In this document: positions 13,151-26,929 of the stretch, in pieces | How the letters are laid out: every line of letters begins with the position of its first letter | Position numbering within the stretch: the stretch's first letter is position 1 | Assembly (NCBI GenBank): GCA_035084275.1 | Contig: CM068750.1 | Span: 10,850,001 to 10,914,000 of the forward strand | DNA length: 64,000 bases | DNA from: Hydrolagus colliei | Lineage: Eukaryota | Direction of reading: 5' to 3' | The notes under the pieces: model-generated | Told to the model about the DNA's origin: nothing | Seen by the model: only the letters and a program-made list of their open reading frames with translations | The model's database searches: none | Position numbers and translations under genes: made by a program

Positions 13151-16100
13151 ACCTTGGAGACCTAGCTCTAGCCTGAACATAGGTTGAGATATGCTATAAA
13201 ACACCTTTTCTTTGCATTAGGCAGAATGGCTCTTTTTCATCATTGTGTCACCCCCTGCTTGCCACTAGATTCTGATTATGAGACATGTCAACTGCCTGTC
13301 ACAACTACAATAGACAGCAACCCAGAATTGTTTTACTCAAATCCAAGGGGAACTTCCTGAACAAAGAGGAAATTTTACTGCACAAATTTTCCAGAGTCTG
13401 ATTTTAAATTTTCTGAATGGATCTCGCAGACTTAATAGATGTTAATTATCCCTGCAGTTTTGTGTTGACTGTGTTAACATCAGTGTATATAAAGCTTTCA
13501 TATGTCACTGCTTTATATGATGATCTCATCAGGTTAGAAATGCAGGCAGTCTGGGAACTATACAACATTTTAACTAACATTGTAGTTGATGAATTATAAA
13601 GAAATAATACCTTTCCTTGTGCATGATTTAGTAATGAACTGGGATTACAGAACAGAAGCAAATGGACTTTACAGCACCTTTCACACACTGAGAGCTGGGG
13701 CTGAAATAGACTCTACCTATTCGACAGTCCTGGAAGGGTAACATTATCTCTTCATCTTGCTAGTACAATTATCCTACGGCCTGTATGTCCATTGTTAGTG
13801 TCATATTACTCATCAAAGCATATTGTGGATGAATAATAACTGAAGCATAACCTCTGACCTTAATAAGGACCTTTAAAGAATTTTAGACCAATTTGTGTCT
13901 TTTACACAGTGGCCTTTTAGGTACTGCAGTTTTGAATGGCAACTTGATCCCAGCATTCTAATCTGTTTAGTACAGTTTTTGTTCACTCTGATGAGTGGAC
14001 AAATATTTAGATGATTGAAATATCAGGGAAACAAGATGTACCATAATTAAATGCACTGGTTCAGTACAGCAGGTGTTTGAAAGCTTGATGGTGTCTTTAC
14101 ATAATGAAACATTTGAAAACACAGACAAGTTATTACGCTGATTACAGCTTAATGGAATCTGCACACCCCAGACACTTAATTTCCTTTGTAACTATTAGTC
14201 TGTTGTACTAAAAATGTATTTGCCCATGTTTGCCTCCAAGCAGTTTTAATATCATCCAAATTGAAATGCAATGACATAGTATTTTTTTCTAAATCTCAAC
14301 CATCGTGCTGTATGTGCTTAAAAATGTTAATGGTATAAACCATGTAGCTCTGCATTTTCAAAATAAGTGACTTGAACTATTTACAATGGCTTGTTTGTTG
14401 AGTATAGAAATTATTATCTCATTACATGTTAGGCATTTAATATTGAATGTACAGCTGAGATTTGGCATCTGAATATTATTTATTATTTGCTATAAACCAA
14501 ACGTCTAAACATACTGTGCTAAAGATACTGTGGAACTATGTGTCAACCTATTCTGAATCTATTCTGTCACTTTTTAAAGCTGGAATGTTTATTAAATTCT
14601 TCTGAATTCTTTTATTTAAAATTAGAGTGTACATTTAGCTACTTATTTGGTTAAAAATACACTTACAGTATGCATTTTATTTTTAGATTTGATTTTTTAT
14701 TCCCTTCAGTACAATTTGCTGCCCCAAAAGATGAACTGAGGCCATGACTCTTTCTTCTTTGCTTTATTTCAACAAAGAGGTTGTGGTCATCCTAAACAAT
14801 AAATCTACAGCCACTCATAGTAGGTCTATGTCCATCCTTTATGCTTCTTTTATCCTGCACCTGTGACAATTGCCCTATGTTATTGAAGGTAACAGGAGTC
14901 AGGTTAAAGGTCAGGGAGCAGGGCACTGTCAAGAGGAAGTTATTTTTGCAGACCACTGACTTAGTTATCGTTTTCTTCTAATGTGACATCCATCTGTCAA
15001 TCAGGTGAATCAGGCAGTTCTCTCGTGCTAACTGCTGTTTTTGTCACAAAGAACAGATCTGCTCATTTCACTCACCAGGATACCTCTAATTACCCCCATC
15101 TCAGTTAATAAAACTACAAACTAGTGAGTAAAACACTCCAATTATTCAAATTGTGTCAGAGCTTCAATTTGGAGCTTCAGTTACAATTGCATAAATATAT
15201 AGTACAATACATATATGTATCCAGTCAAAATGCACATGGTCTCAATTGTAGTCTGTATTAACCAATGAACCTGCAAGAAAATAAGGCACTTTCAATGCCA
15301 GATATACCTTCTTTAGTGAAAGGTTTGCATTTAATTATTTTACTGAATTTCTGTTCATTCTCAGGGTTATATAGTACTTGGTTTGTCCTTGCTGCAACCC
15401 CCATTAATTTTATAGTGTTTAATTCCAGTACGCCCAAGGAATTTTGAGGGAAACATAGGCATCTTTGTTTTTGTGTGCCCCAGCCATTATCAATATAAGT
15501 TATCAAGATAAGTAATAAGAAGAAAGCAGTCAACAAATGAAGTATCTTTCTAAATGTTACTTATTCTGATTAGAATACTCATCTTCAACTTGCAATATTG
15601 CTGTTAAATGCTCCGCATTGAAATCAATATAGAATTTAATTTGGTATCACTTACAAAGGTGCTTTGTGTAGATGGCTCCTAAATCATCAAATAATGCAGC
15701 AACAGCTACACAGCATTTCCTTGCCATTTATCATTGTTCCATGGATAAATGCCCTGAATTTCTGATGAAGTGTGGATTGCTGGAATGCCTCATGTTGCTA
15801 CTATAAATAGGTTAGACCATTTAGTGTGGTGGCTGGATACATAATTTGTCTATGATATAGAGGTTTTACTGTCAAGTACAGCTTTTAGAGGCATTTTCGG
15901 TCTTGAAGCTCTTACTCATAATACAGTACACAGATCTACAAGTATTTCCCTTGAGGAAATACCAATTTTAGGAGGTCTTGTTTTAAAATTCTAAAAAATC
16001 TCAAAGTTTTCCATTGTACTTTTCTTTAGAAATGTGAGCAGATAGGTTGTGGAATTAGAATGCATTGAACAGAGAAAAAGAAGTAATTTCCTGTAGGAGA

Positions 16101-16169
16101 AATATTGCTTCAGTGCTTAAATGCAAAATTCTATCTGCATTTTCTTCAGTAAATATTTGATTATTGAAC

Positions 16170-16330
16170 GACATAAATAATGCAAATAGAGTTGTGGGCG
16201 TTGTGCACAGAGGGATAGAATGCAAACACAGGAACGTAATGGTAATTAGTATAATATGTTGACTAGCACATAATTCTGGTCGCCATACTACAAGAAAGAT
16301 ATTGTGACAGTAGAGAGTTTGTAGTTCAAT
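16170..16330 (+). mobile_element. Degraded CR1 ORF2 fragment
   Basis: Peptides ANRVVGVVHRGIECKHRNVM and FWSPYYKKDI. Confidence 0.65.
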
Positions 16331-16399
16331 TTACTGGGATGTTAGTGGGGGTGATACTACTGCCAGGAACTGGACTGACAGAGTAGTCAAATTCAGACA

Positions 16400-16538
16400 A
16401 TTAGCTGATGCGTTTCTTCCACAAAATACTCGAGTCAATTCATTTTACAGTGTATCCTATGAAGTGCATGGAGACATCTCAAAGACGTGATAAGTTGCTA
16501 TATCAAATGCAAGGATTATTATTATTAATAATATTATT
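16400..16538 (+). mobile_element. SINE 3' fragment
   Basis: gtcaattcattttacagtgtatcctatgaagtgc ... tatcaaatgcaaggattattattatt. Confidence 0.8.
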
Positions 16539-19401
16539 GCTGCGTAGGCTGAATTAACACCATTGGAAGGTAATATTTATTTAAGCAAGAAAGAAAAAAT
16601 AAAGAGGTATGTGTTTTTTGTGTGAGATACAAGGTAAATGGTTTGCAGGTAGATCTTATAGGAATACAATGAGACTCCAGGCCAGCTGGCATACTTCTTC
16701 CATTGTGTGAATGATAGTACTGCATGTTGTATTAGGACTATGCTTAGACAGTCTGTTGCACAGCTGTCCCTATTTTGAAACAAACAGGCTTATGTTGGAA
16801 AATCCAGTCTGTTACTGGTATAAAGCAAATTAATTCAGACAAGGAAGGAGGGTCTGTTCTTTCAGATAACATCAAGCATATAAGGTTAATAATCACAGCT
16901 TCAGTTAATAATAATTCATAATTACATGTAATACCTCTTACTGTAGTTTAACCATCTGTCATGAAAAAGACAAGAGTCAGAAAGCAAGAGCTGCAATAAA
17001 ATAAAAATTTGAAGTCTACATTTTGTGTTGTGCAAGTTTGAGCTTGTAGCAGTGAATCGTAGATTCATAGAAATTTACGGCACAGCAGAAGTGCCAGCTT
17101 CCAATAAGGAATCATTTCAATCCTATTTACCTACCCTTTCCCCATACTTCTGCAGCTGACTCTTTTTTGAGGTTTGCATTGGCTTGTTCTGAATGCCACT
17201 TTGCTCTTATTGCTTGGCAGTTGCTTTCCTCACAGTATTCTGTTTAGTACCAACACAAAGCTTGCCACAGTATTATACCAACAGTAGTGACTATCTTCAG
17301 GCTAGAAATTATATGGTATTGAATTGTTTATTTGAACCTTAAAGCATCTACAAATATACAAGACAAATACACGCAGAATTTCTCTATAATCTGAAGTGAA
17401 TGTTTCTCCTAAGACAGTAAATTGTGCCCAATATTTTTTGAATAAGAAGCATCACATTCTTCTACTCAAATCTTCTGGAATTGTGCCAGGTGGTGGATTA
17501 ATATTCATGTTAACACATGGGTGAAAATGACCTTTTTATCTTTTTGATGTCTGTGAGGAGTCCAGAAAAATGTATTCCTCTTCCCTTACATTAGTCACTT
17601 GTGACACTGTGTAGCAGAAATCAATTTGAATAATTTGAAGATTGTATATTGAAGTCTTTAATGACTTGTGCTAACTTGTGTGATTGACAGAATTTCTGAG
17701 TGTGTGAGTGGAAAGGGATGCAATTCAACTAAACAAAGCAATATAAAAATATACTGTACTTGATAACAATTGCATGTATAGCACTTTACATTGTTTCCGC
17801 ATAATAAGGCGCTATAACAATGTAAGTTTTTTTTCTTACTTTCATTCACACACTTCTAACACTATTGTGGAAACATAACTCAAATTAAATGGATGCCACA
17901 TTGAACAAGATTGTTGCAAACAGCCCTCCAGCTCCATTTTGAGCAGAATTAGTTGTAAGCAATTCAATGATGTGAGAATTTTAAAATGCAGAATATTTCA
18001 ATGGGTTCTGTTGCTTTGTACATTCAGTATGCATTTATGACTCATGACTAAGAATCACAAAGAAGATTCAGAATATAAAGACTACAATATGATTTTCATT
18101 ATTAAACATAGTTTAGCCAGGTATATTTTGAGCTTATTTAGATTTTTATTATTTTTAATAATTCGTCAATCTCAATACAACATTATCGTACTTGTATGCT
18201 CCATTGATATTGGCATCGAATTCTGTCCTGAAAAGCTGACTTATCCTGAAACTGAACATTAGCATTGTATTTACATTTGATGATGAGCGGAGAAATCACT
18301 GAAATATTGCAGATTTGAATTTGACTCATGGGATTGGTATCTCACAACTCAATATGCAAAACAAATTGGCTTATTGATAGTGTCAAGAAGCAGAATTTGT
18401 TATTCAAAGTAAGAAAAATACAGTTTCCATTTTCTGGCTGCAATGTCAGGAGTCCGACTGTGAAATTTCATCCTGTCATTACTGGGCTGAATTGAGCTGA
18501 CATTTATGCTGTCTGATTGTGTTAAATACTGCTGAGGAAAGGAACAGAAAAGCATATTTTCTGTGGCGAATAAATGATTCATATAATAGATTCTGAATAG
18601 ATTTAAATGTATTCTTAATGGGCACAAATGACCAATGAAAGTTTCAGACAAAGTATTACCATCATTGAGTCTGAAAGATATTGGAATTAAACATATTCAT
18701 ACAATAATTGTCTTCTAATAAAATCCTAGTAATTATCGGGTAACACAATTCATTCAAATAAGGGTTTCAAATTGTATTCATATTCTCAGAATTTCTCCCA
18801 GGCATTGCACAGATTCCAAAGTGCAATTTTTATTATTCATCTGTGGGTTGCTTGCATGGGGGGTACTGGGAATCTTTGGGAAGTAACACCTGCAGTTATA
18901 TTTAAAAGCCTGACTTTTCCAAACATCCTCTGAAGTGGTCAGGCATTGTCCTGAGATGGAATAAAGACACGGGTTTTACCTGGCTAATAGAGACATTCCT
19001 GCACCATCTGAGTCCTGCTGGCTTTATTCTGCGAGACATTGAAAACCAACAGGGAAAATGTGGTTGAATATAAAAAGAGGGTTGAGGGATTTTAATAAGT
19101 CTCCTATCCACAGATGCCATTAAGCTTTTATACCATTCATTTTATTTCTGTGGTCTTTACAAAGACTCCCAAAGCTGTGGTCATCACTTGTGCAGCAAGT
19201 AATTAAGACACAAGGCTAGGCTTTAGTAAATTTATGGATGCTGCTGGAAATTACAACATAAACAGATGTTAGAGAATATTTTATAAGTAAAACAAATACT
19301 ATTGGTTTGCTAAATGTAATTTGTTTTTAATGTGACTAACTAGTGAATTTCTTTGGTAACTGTCTAACAATGCAACAATCCTGATCAGGGAAACAGATTT
19401 T

Positions 19402-19700
19402 TGTGTGGTCCTGTAGCTCAGCAGTTAGAGCATTTGCCTTACAAGCAAGAGACCTGAGTACAATTCGTGGCATGGTGAAACCTTGGGCAAGTTTCCTCAT
19501 TCCACATGCCTAATAATATTCCCTCAATAAAAAAAATTACCATTTCAATCCATGACTATTTGTGGAATGCGGCTTGGCACAATTGACTGCAGCGTTTCGC
19601 CCACAAAAATATAGTCAATTCACTTTACAGTATATTCTGTGAAGCACCTTTAGATATCTAGAAGACATGAAAAATGCTATATCAAATGCTAGGATTATTA
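19402..19700 (+). mobile_element. tRNA-derived SINE, full length
   Basis: gtcctgtagctcagcagttagagc (A box) ... ccttgggcaagtttcc ... gtcaattcactttacagtatattctgtgaagc ... ggattatta. Confidence 0.9.
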
Positions 19701-20254
19701 TCTATGTTCTTAAGTGTTCTTTGATTCAGGCTCCCTTTTCTACAAATGGAATGCAATAGTTTCCTTTAAAGAAAACGCTTGCATTTTATTTTTCAGAATT
19801 GACTTTGTCACCAAACAAAACCTGCATGCATTGTTGTTGTTTCTTAAATCTACAAGGCTTGAAATCAAATGTTGCTGCATTCATTGGAAGGTCAAAATTA
19901 CCCAGCGGTCAAGTGGGAGTTTAAATATATCCAGAATTTCCATGTTTATATCCGAAAGCTGCTTCTCAAAAACAAACTTCAAGTTAACCTTACAGTTAAT
20001 GCAATTGGATCAAATAGCAGTGAAAGTATTATCTAGAGGTAAGTAAGAGGAGGGGTATTCCGTGGCATGCACCTATTAATATTGCTTGTTGCTTGAGTCA
20101 AGAATAGGAAAGATCTCTCCAGAAAATTTAAAATAATGAACCACAAAATAGGTAATAATGGAAGCATGGGATTAAAAAAAATGCTTCAAATTATTTTTGT
20201 AATGATTCAATGCAATTGCATCTATATTTATACATTCAATTTATATATTTATTT

Positions 20255-20345
20255 ATATAGTCAATTTACTTTGCAGTATATTCTGTGAGATGTCTCGAAG
20301 ATGTGATAAAGTGCCATATCAACTGCAAGAATTATTATTCTTATG
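20255..20345 (+). mobile_element. SINE 3' fragment
   Basis: tagtcaatttactttgcagtatattctgtg ... tgcaagaattattatt. Confidence 0.75.
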
Positions 20346-21029
20346 ATTGCCTTGTTAATATTTTTACTGTGTACCTTGTTTCCATTTTCTGTGGAAACCT
20401 TGAACCTAGTGATTGTTTGTTTCTGGCATTCTTATTCACTTCTATGTTACAGAATAAAAACATCAGCAACTCTAGGAAATGCACCATCTGCGAGAAAGCT
20501 TCTGCACACTGGTCCTTGCAAATGGCTGGAACCAAGCACTACAGACACAAATAACAGGAGCTGTTAACATCGAGGGAATGGTAAGAGTGACATTTATGAT
20601 TGGCAAGTGGCACATGTTGCAAACCATTTAAACCTATGCAGCGAAGTCTAGTTTTAAGAGTGACAGACAGTACGAGTGCTGTTTCACTCCCAAAGAGCAA
20701 TAAGTGCAGATGAGCAACCAACGTAATTAGTGTATGATTATCCCAGACTTGTTCAAGATAATACCTTGACATAATGTGCAGAAATAGATGGCACTTTTTT
20801 GTATTTTAAAGATCTTGCTTTTTTGGGTATTTTGTGCAGGCAAGCAGAGCAATAAGTAATGTATTACTGGGAGAACTTTGGGATAGTCAGTGCAGTAGAT
20901 GAAAAGAGATACTGACTTAAAACTTGCTTTGTAAATAAATTGCAAAAGATCATAGAAAAGTTGTGTAAAGGTGTTCATTTTATAATTATCCCTGCTTTTT
21001 TAAGTCATGCCTCATCACATTGTTGAAAC

Positions 21030-21360
21030 ATCTATAAACGCTTCACAGGATTTTACTACAAAGTGAAGTGACTTTGTTGGACAGTCAATGTTTCAGACCT
21101 GAGCTGGGGTCGGGATTGGGGAGGGTGGAGGGAAAGGAGGGGATTTGGGGTGATCAATAGAACTGTTGTTGAGGAGGGTCTTGAGGTAGGACATGAAGGA
21201 GGCTAGGAAGGAGGTGAGCGTGGAATTCCAACGGTTAGGGCCAGAGTGGCTGAAGGCTCACCCGCCGATGGTGGGCAGGTGGGTCGGGGGACATGGAGCA
21301 GGCCTGCTGGGCGGAGGGAGCGGGCATGTTGGTAGGAGGTTAGGAGGTCAATAGGAGGAC
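21030..21360 (-). mobile_element. Degraded L2 3' fragment
   Basis: Reverse complement reads gccttcagccactctggccctaaccgttggaattcc (AFSHSGPNRWNS), with a C-rich 3' part. Confidence 0.65.
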
Positions 21361-24244
21361 AATAAGCTGCTCAAAGTCGCTATCTTCTCAATTTGTTTTG
21401 ATAACAATACAGTTGAAATACTTTGATATTTGCCAACGATAAAATGCTGAGATTATTGTGTTTGAAACAAATTAATGCATTAGTTAGGATGTTACACATT
21501 CATTCATCCTTAGACTGGTATCACGTTGCCTGAAACTTCTGCTTGCCAGGATTAATTAGGTTTAACCATGTCCTTTAGGTATGAGAGAAGAGATACAGCA
21601 CAATTGATTAAAGAGAAAACATAAATGACTACTACTTATTAAAATAGAGTTGAAAAGGTACAATACTTGTATTGAAAGTTTATGTTAGTTTTTGTTAAAC
21701 TGGAAAGGGTTGGGATGGATGAAGGAAGAAGGGAGTCAATTTATTTCATGCCTATTGTTGAAACTTTTTTTTCTGAGCAGAGGATGAACACTCCATCAGA
21801 AACCAGTCACATTTGGCAACTGAGGGGTTGGTTTCCAGGTGGTAGTTATTAAGACCTTTTTAGGAAGGAATTATTTGTTCAGGTGAATAATTTACAGACA
21901 TGCAGTTTCCCCTGAACAGAGGTGCTTTGCCCATTGTTTGTGAGTTTAGTAAACCCATGCAAGCAGACTGACAATTGCCATTGTTTGGTGCTTTAATAAG
22001 CAGCAAATAAGCCTCTTGCTTCCTTTAGGAAATTAACCTGCTACAAATAGTTTTCTGCTGATTTGAAACTTTGTAAGTAGGTAAAGCAGGTTTATTTTAA
22101 TTGTCCTAATGTATCAGTCACTACCAGATGGGTGTTGGTCTGGAGAGCAACATAATACAGTTTAGGGTCCTTCTCCCTTAAAATCCACATACCAGACATG
22201 ATGAGAGGAGTGTGATATTTCCCCTTGAAACCTGACAGGAAATGTTTCAATAATGTGAAAGAAACAAAGCAGCCGTTACTAATTAAAGAGGAAGTCAGAA
22301 GAACTCAATCCTAATGTTACCAAGAAAACCAATGTGATCTGTGTGACTTGTGGAGTACTTGTGGATATTACTATCCATTAATTGATAACTATAGTTGTCA
22401 ATTAGAAAAATGTTGTCAGTGGTGCAGTACCTCTATATGAGCAGTAATTTGGCTGATCAACCAACTCTGTGGAATCCTACACGCTTTCCTTCTCTGTAGA
22501 TGAGACAAGGCCATAAACTCCATTCAAGAAGTTACTTGCACAATTCCTAGTACTATACACACCATGATAACTGAACTGAGAAGAACCACCTGTTCAATGT
22601 GGAGGTTATGGAGAGATTAAAGGAAACCAAGGGAGACAAAAGGAACAGTAGGTCAAATGCAGGTAAAGTTTCAAAAGTGTTTTGTTTTAATTTTAAAACT
22701 ATTTATTATTTGACTATTGTAGTAATAGTAAAACCATCCCAATGTTGTGTTACATTATTTCTTTATTTCTTTCACTATCATTGCAAGAACTGAAAATGTA
22801 CCAAATTATTGGTTCTTGGCCATGTCGATGGATTGGTGTCCTTTGTGTTAACAAGATGCATGTTTCATTGTTCAGCATTCTAGTTCTCATCAGAGTAAAT
22901 TCTATCACTATTCTATTCAATTTTATTATTCTCTGAAAGGCCAAGCACTCTGGGATGCTACTTTGTGTGAGGCTAAATGCAAGTTGTTGTTATCCATTTT
23001 TTTAGCAAGCAAAATGGTTCTGTTTTAGGTGTTTGTTTCAGTAGATTTTTTTGGCACTACCCAATTAACTCAGTAAATTAAAAGCACAATTACAAAGTAA
23101 ATGAGTACTCTGATAAATGCCTTGTTACACATCTGCTTGCATTTGTGTAGCGCACTGATGTGTTTGCTTTGTAAATACTTGCACTAAATCACTGTTGATA
23201 GCTCACGAGAGAAATGCTCAAAATTCACAGCAAGACAGTGCAATTAATTACAACCATTGAAGTCTACAGTAATAATTCTGCCTCATGTAAGAAGATTAAA
23301 TCATTTTACTTTCTGTGCACTTCATTAAATGATCTGAAGAATGTATAAAATCATTCACAGGTTGCAAAAATGCTGAATATTGATTATATTTGATGAGCTC
23401 TGATCCACACAAAGAGCTCTTACAGAGTATACTTGAAAGATTAGAGCGTTATAAAGTAACAAATAATTTAATTACCAGTGTGCTTGTTAATGTAAGCATC
23501 CGTGCAGAGAGTCTGACAAATCATGGGTCTGTGATAGACCTGTGGGTATCATTTAATTCTATTATGGTTTAAAAATATTTCTCACTGTCCTTCTGTCTGA
23601 GGTATCAAGTTTCTTTTATGTATTCTAATTATTTTTAATTCTTGTAGAATATATGAAAACTTTTAATTAGGTGCCTGTCATTTACAGTATAGATCTGGGT
23701 AAACCTAAAACAGTTTGAAAATTGTGCAGATTGTACTTATTGAAGATCTATAGAGAAGAAAGTTAGATAAATGCAAATGTTGAATAGCTAAATAATATTT
23801 TAATACAAATAGTTTTTTTCAGCAAAACAATCAGGTCAACTTTTCAACAGAAAACAGTTCTGTATTGTAACTTCTCATCAACTCTATTGGTTTAAAACTT
23901 CTAAGTTGTCTGTACACAAGTGAAAATGTAAACTGAACATTTGCAATATTTCTAATCTCCGTGAAATGTCATCAATTTTCCATCATAAATGTCCACAAGA
24001 CTACAAATGAGTCAGAATATTGGATGGAGGATATGACTTTGATCTCCATGTGTGGTTTGACCTAATCAAACCAAATATTTTACAAATTAGAGGTGAAAGA
24101 AGGTAGCCTGAACACAGATGTGCAGGTGCGGCATCCAAAGGAATGCCACTGCATAAATGACACTTGAATTGTTCAAGTGGGAGTGTAAAGAAGTTCTTTA
24201 TTTTCAGTTGTGCTACATTCAAGGATATCATCAGGATATTGTCA

Positions 24245-24632
24245 TACACCCCACCCACGGTGATTGAACTTTCAGCCACTCTGCTCCTGCCGTCTGGACC
24301 TCCCTACAGCAGGCTCCCATACTCGCCTGCTGCCAACCCACTTTCAAAACCTGCCTCTTTGACCATCCTCTTAGCTTCCCTTCCCCCCCACATCTCTGGT
24401 GCTCAGACAACAATGTAAAGTATATTCAGACGCCTTCCCAATGTGAAAATCTCTATATAACTAAAGTGTATGGTATTTCTTCATTCGTTTTGCCCACAAA
24501 TATACAGTCAATTTTCCTACTCTCCTTCCCCCTACCCCGACCACTCCACCCACCCTGCTCTGATCCCGACCTGACTGTTCAGCGCCTTGGGACGTCCTCC
24601 CGACGTGAAAGGCGCTAGATAAATATAATTTT
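24245..24632 (+). mobile_element. Degraded L2 3' fragment followed by a well-preserved L2-type tail (24520-24632)
   Basis: ttcagccactctgctcctgccgtctggacctccc (FSHSAPAVW.SL); tail cagcgccttgggacgtcctcccgacgtgaaaggcgct. Confidence 0.65.
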
Positions 24633-26929
24633 GATTGATTAGTCGGTCGGTCGGTCGATTAATTGATCATACCTGTTTGTAGATAACCAGTCAATTTTTA
24701 AAGCTAATAATAGATAAATTTGAGTCATCTTCTGAATTTATCTCCATGTGTGAGAAGATTCCAACCAAACCCCCCATCTCACTATTCCCTGCCCCAATGC
24801 TGGCAGTTCTCATTTTCTGCAACAGCCGTGCACAATTTTTTAATCTCAGAAATGTCTACATCAGGATAAACTAAACAAGTTATATTGGACTGTAGCACAT
24901 CAACTTAGGTGTATTTTCACAAAAGCTACCCTAATGGAACTATTGATAAAATTGCTTGGGGAAATACTTATGTAGAGAAATTCCACATGGGTCAACATTT
25001 ATTCCACAGAGCATATTAGACCCTCCAGAAGTTGACAAATAGCAGGTGGAATAGTGTGGTGGTAGAGGTAGAATCCATATTGCCTTCAAGTGGGAACTAG
25101 ATATAGGGGAGTATTTTAATTATCACTAACATCCTTTACTTATCAAGTGTTGAATACTGCTTCATAGAGTTAATTCTTATTTATTTACATCAGAAGAATG
25201 AGCTGACCCAAAGTAGGACTGATTCTAGTTGATCACAATGATTTCAGAATCAGTAGTTAGATGTGCAAACTTGACATCAGTGGCAGAAAGGGGTGTTATT
25301 TCAGCCGATTTAAGCCTCAAATCTTCTGTCCACTTGCAGCATATGAGAATGCTTTAACAGTGTTATGCGAGTCTTGTAAACTTAATGCATGTCATTTTGA
25401 TTCACCTAATCCATGAAGGCAACATGACTATAATAGGTAGACATATTATGTAATGAAAAGGTAAATGTCAATAGTGCATTACAAGTTCTTAGAATCAGAC
25501 GTACATTACCTAAAGACAATTTATAAACAAATCTCGGTGTTGTCTGAAGTATTTTGGGTGATTTGTGGCCAATGGTAGTATAATATTGTCCAAAGTGTAA
25601 GTATGTGGTGTGCTATAAATTGAAGGTTGTGCTTTCAGCCACTACGACCCAAAATTCTAGAAAACTTTCCCTCAATCCCTTCACCTTGCCCCTTTCTCCC
25701 CTTTTTCAGCTACCCCGAGGGTGCTAGATAAGTGCAAGTTATTGTTGTAACTAAATCCATGAGCTGCTTAAGAGCTCTGACACCATCACTGCTCCATGAA
25801 AGTAGCAGTTTTAGGTACCCCAAAGTAGCTGAATAAAATCAATTGCTCCTTTCTGACTAGCAGATCAGAGCTTGTCCGAGAGCTGATTAGTTATCTAATT
25901 GAAACATGTATTACAACATTAAAAATGTAGTTTAGAAAAGAACCGTTTACTGTGCTTTGAACACACTGTTCCAGAAGTGAAAACTTGCCATTGTTGCTGG
26001 ACTTCCAATATACTGGCCTATTTTTCTTTGAAGATTTTAGTAGACTCTAGTGCTATTGAAATGAAATCCTGTTGCTGTTTTCTACTTATTTATTTTCATT
26101 GATAGGATAAACAAGGATTAGTTATTTTGTTGGGAGACTCGATCAAAAACTAAACTTTAAATGGTTCATGAATACATAACAATACCTGTTTGGCTTTATG
26201 TTGGCATTGCATAAACAACATATGGAACTCACCAGATACTCATCCAATCTCCACAAAATTGCACCAAACTGCACCACAATAAAAGACTCGCGTATGGGTG
26301 TGTTGTATGCCTCCCAGGCAGAACTCCATAGCCTACAATTAGTCTATACATTCATAGGTCGAAAAAAAACATATTGTCTTAGCTGCTATATAATTATCTG
26401 TTATGATGAACTGTGATTCTGAGGGCCATTGTCTTTGAGCCAGGATCTGTGTATAGAGCAGTTGTCTGGCTGGCACCCAGGAGTGGACTTTCCATTTAGA
26501 GCCTCTGCCTCAGTGATTTCTGTAGTCTCTTGCCGGCTGGGTGAAATACAGAGTGTTTCTGCATGATTTCTTGAGTTGATGAGAAGCAATTATGCTTTAA
26601 ATGAAGTCATTCATGTCTGCATTTTTTGTTTGCATATTTTTTGGCGTTCACCTGTTATTAAACCCTTCTTTAACTGTAAGCTACTTTCAAACAGATTTTG
26701 TCTTGAACACAATTTTTTTATCAAAAGAAAACTGTATGAACTCACTGGATGTTTTCCATGAAGCTAGTCAAGCAGAAGGTTTTAAAAATAAATTTTAAAA
26801 TCATCACACTCGAGGAGACATAAGACATAAGGTGTACAAATTTCAGAGAGAAGTTTCTGTAGGGTATTATTTATAGTTTTCAACTCAGCAATTTTTTATA
26901 TTTTTTTAAGATACTTTCCTTTGGGTATA

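Noticed and set aside
12599-13176. Four overlapping ORFs on both strands as a hidden gene
   Set aside because: No recognisable protein motif or splice structure; better explained as non-coding regulatory sequence.
19402-19480. Genuine tRNA genes at the SINE heads
   Set aside because: Each continues into SINE body and tail and carries independent mutations in stems and boxes.
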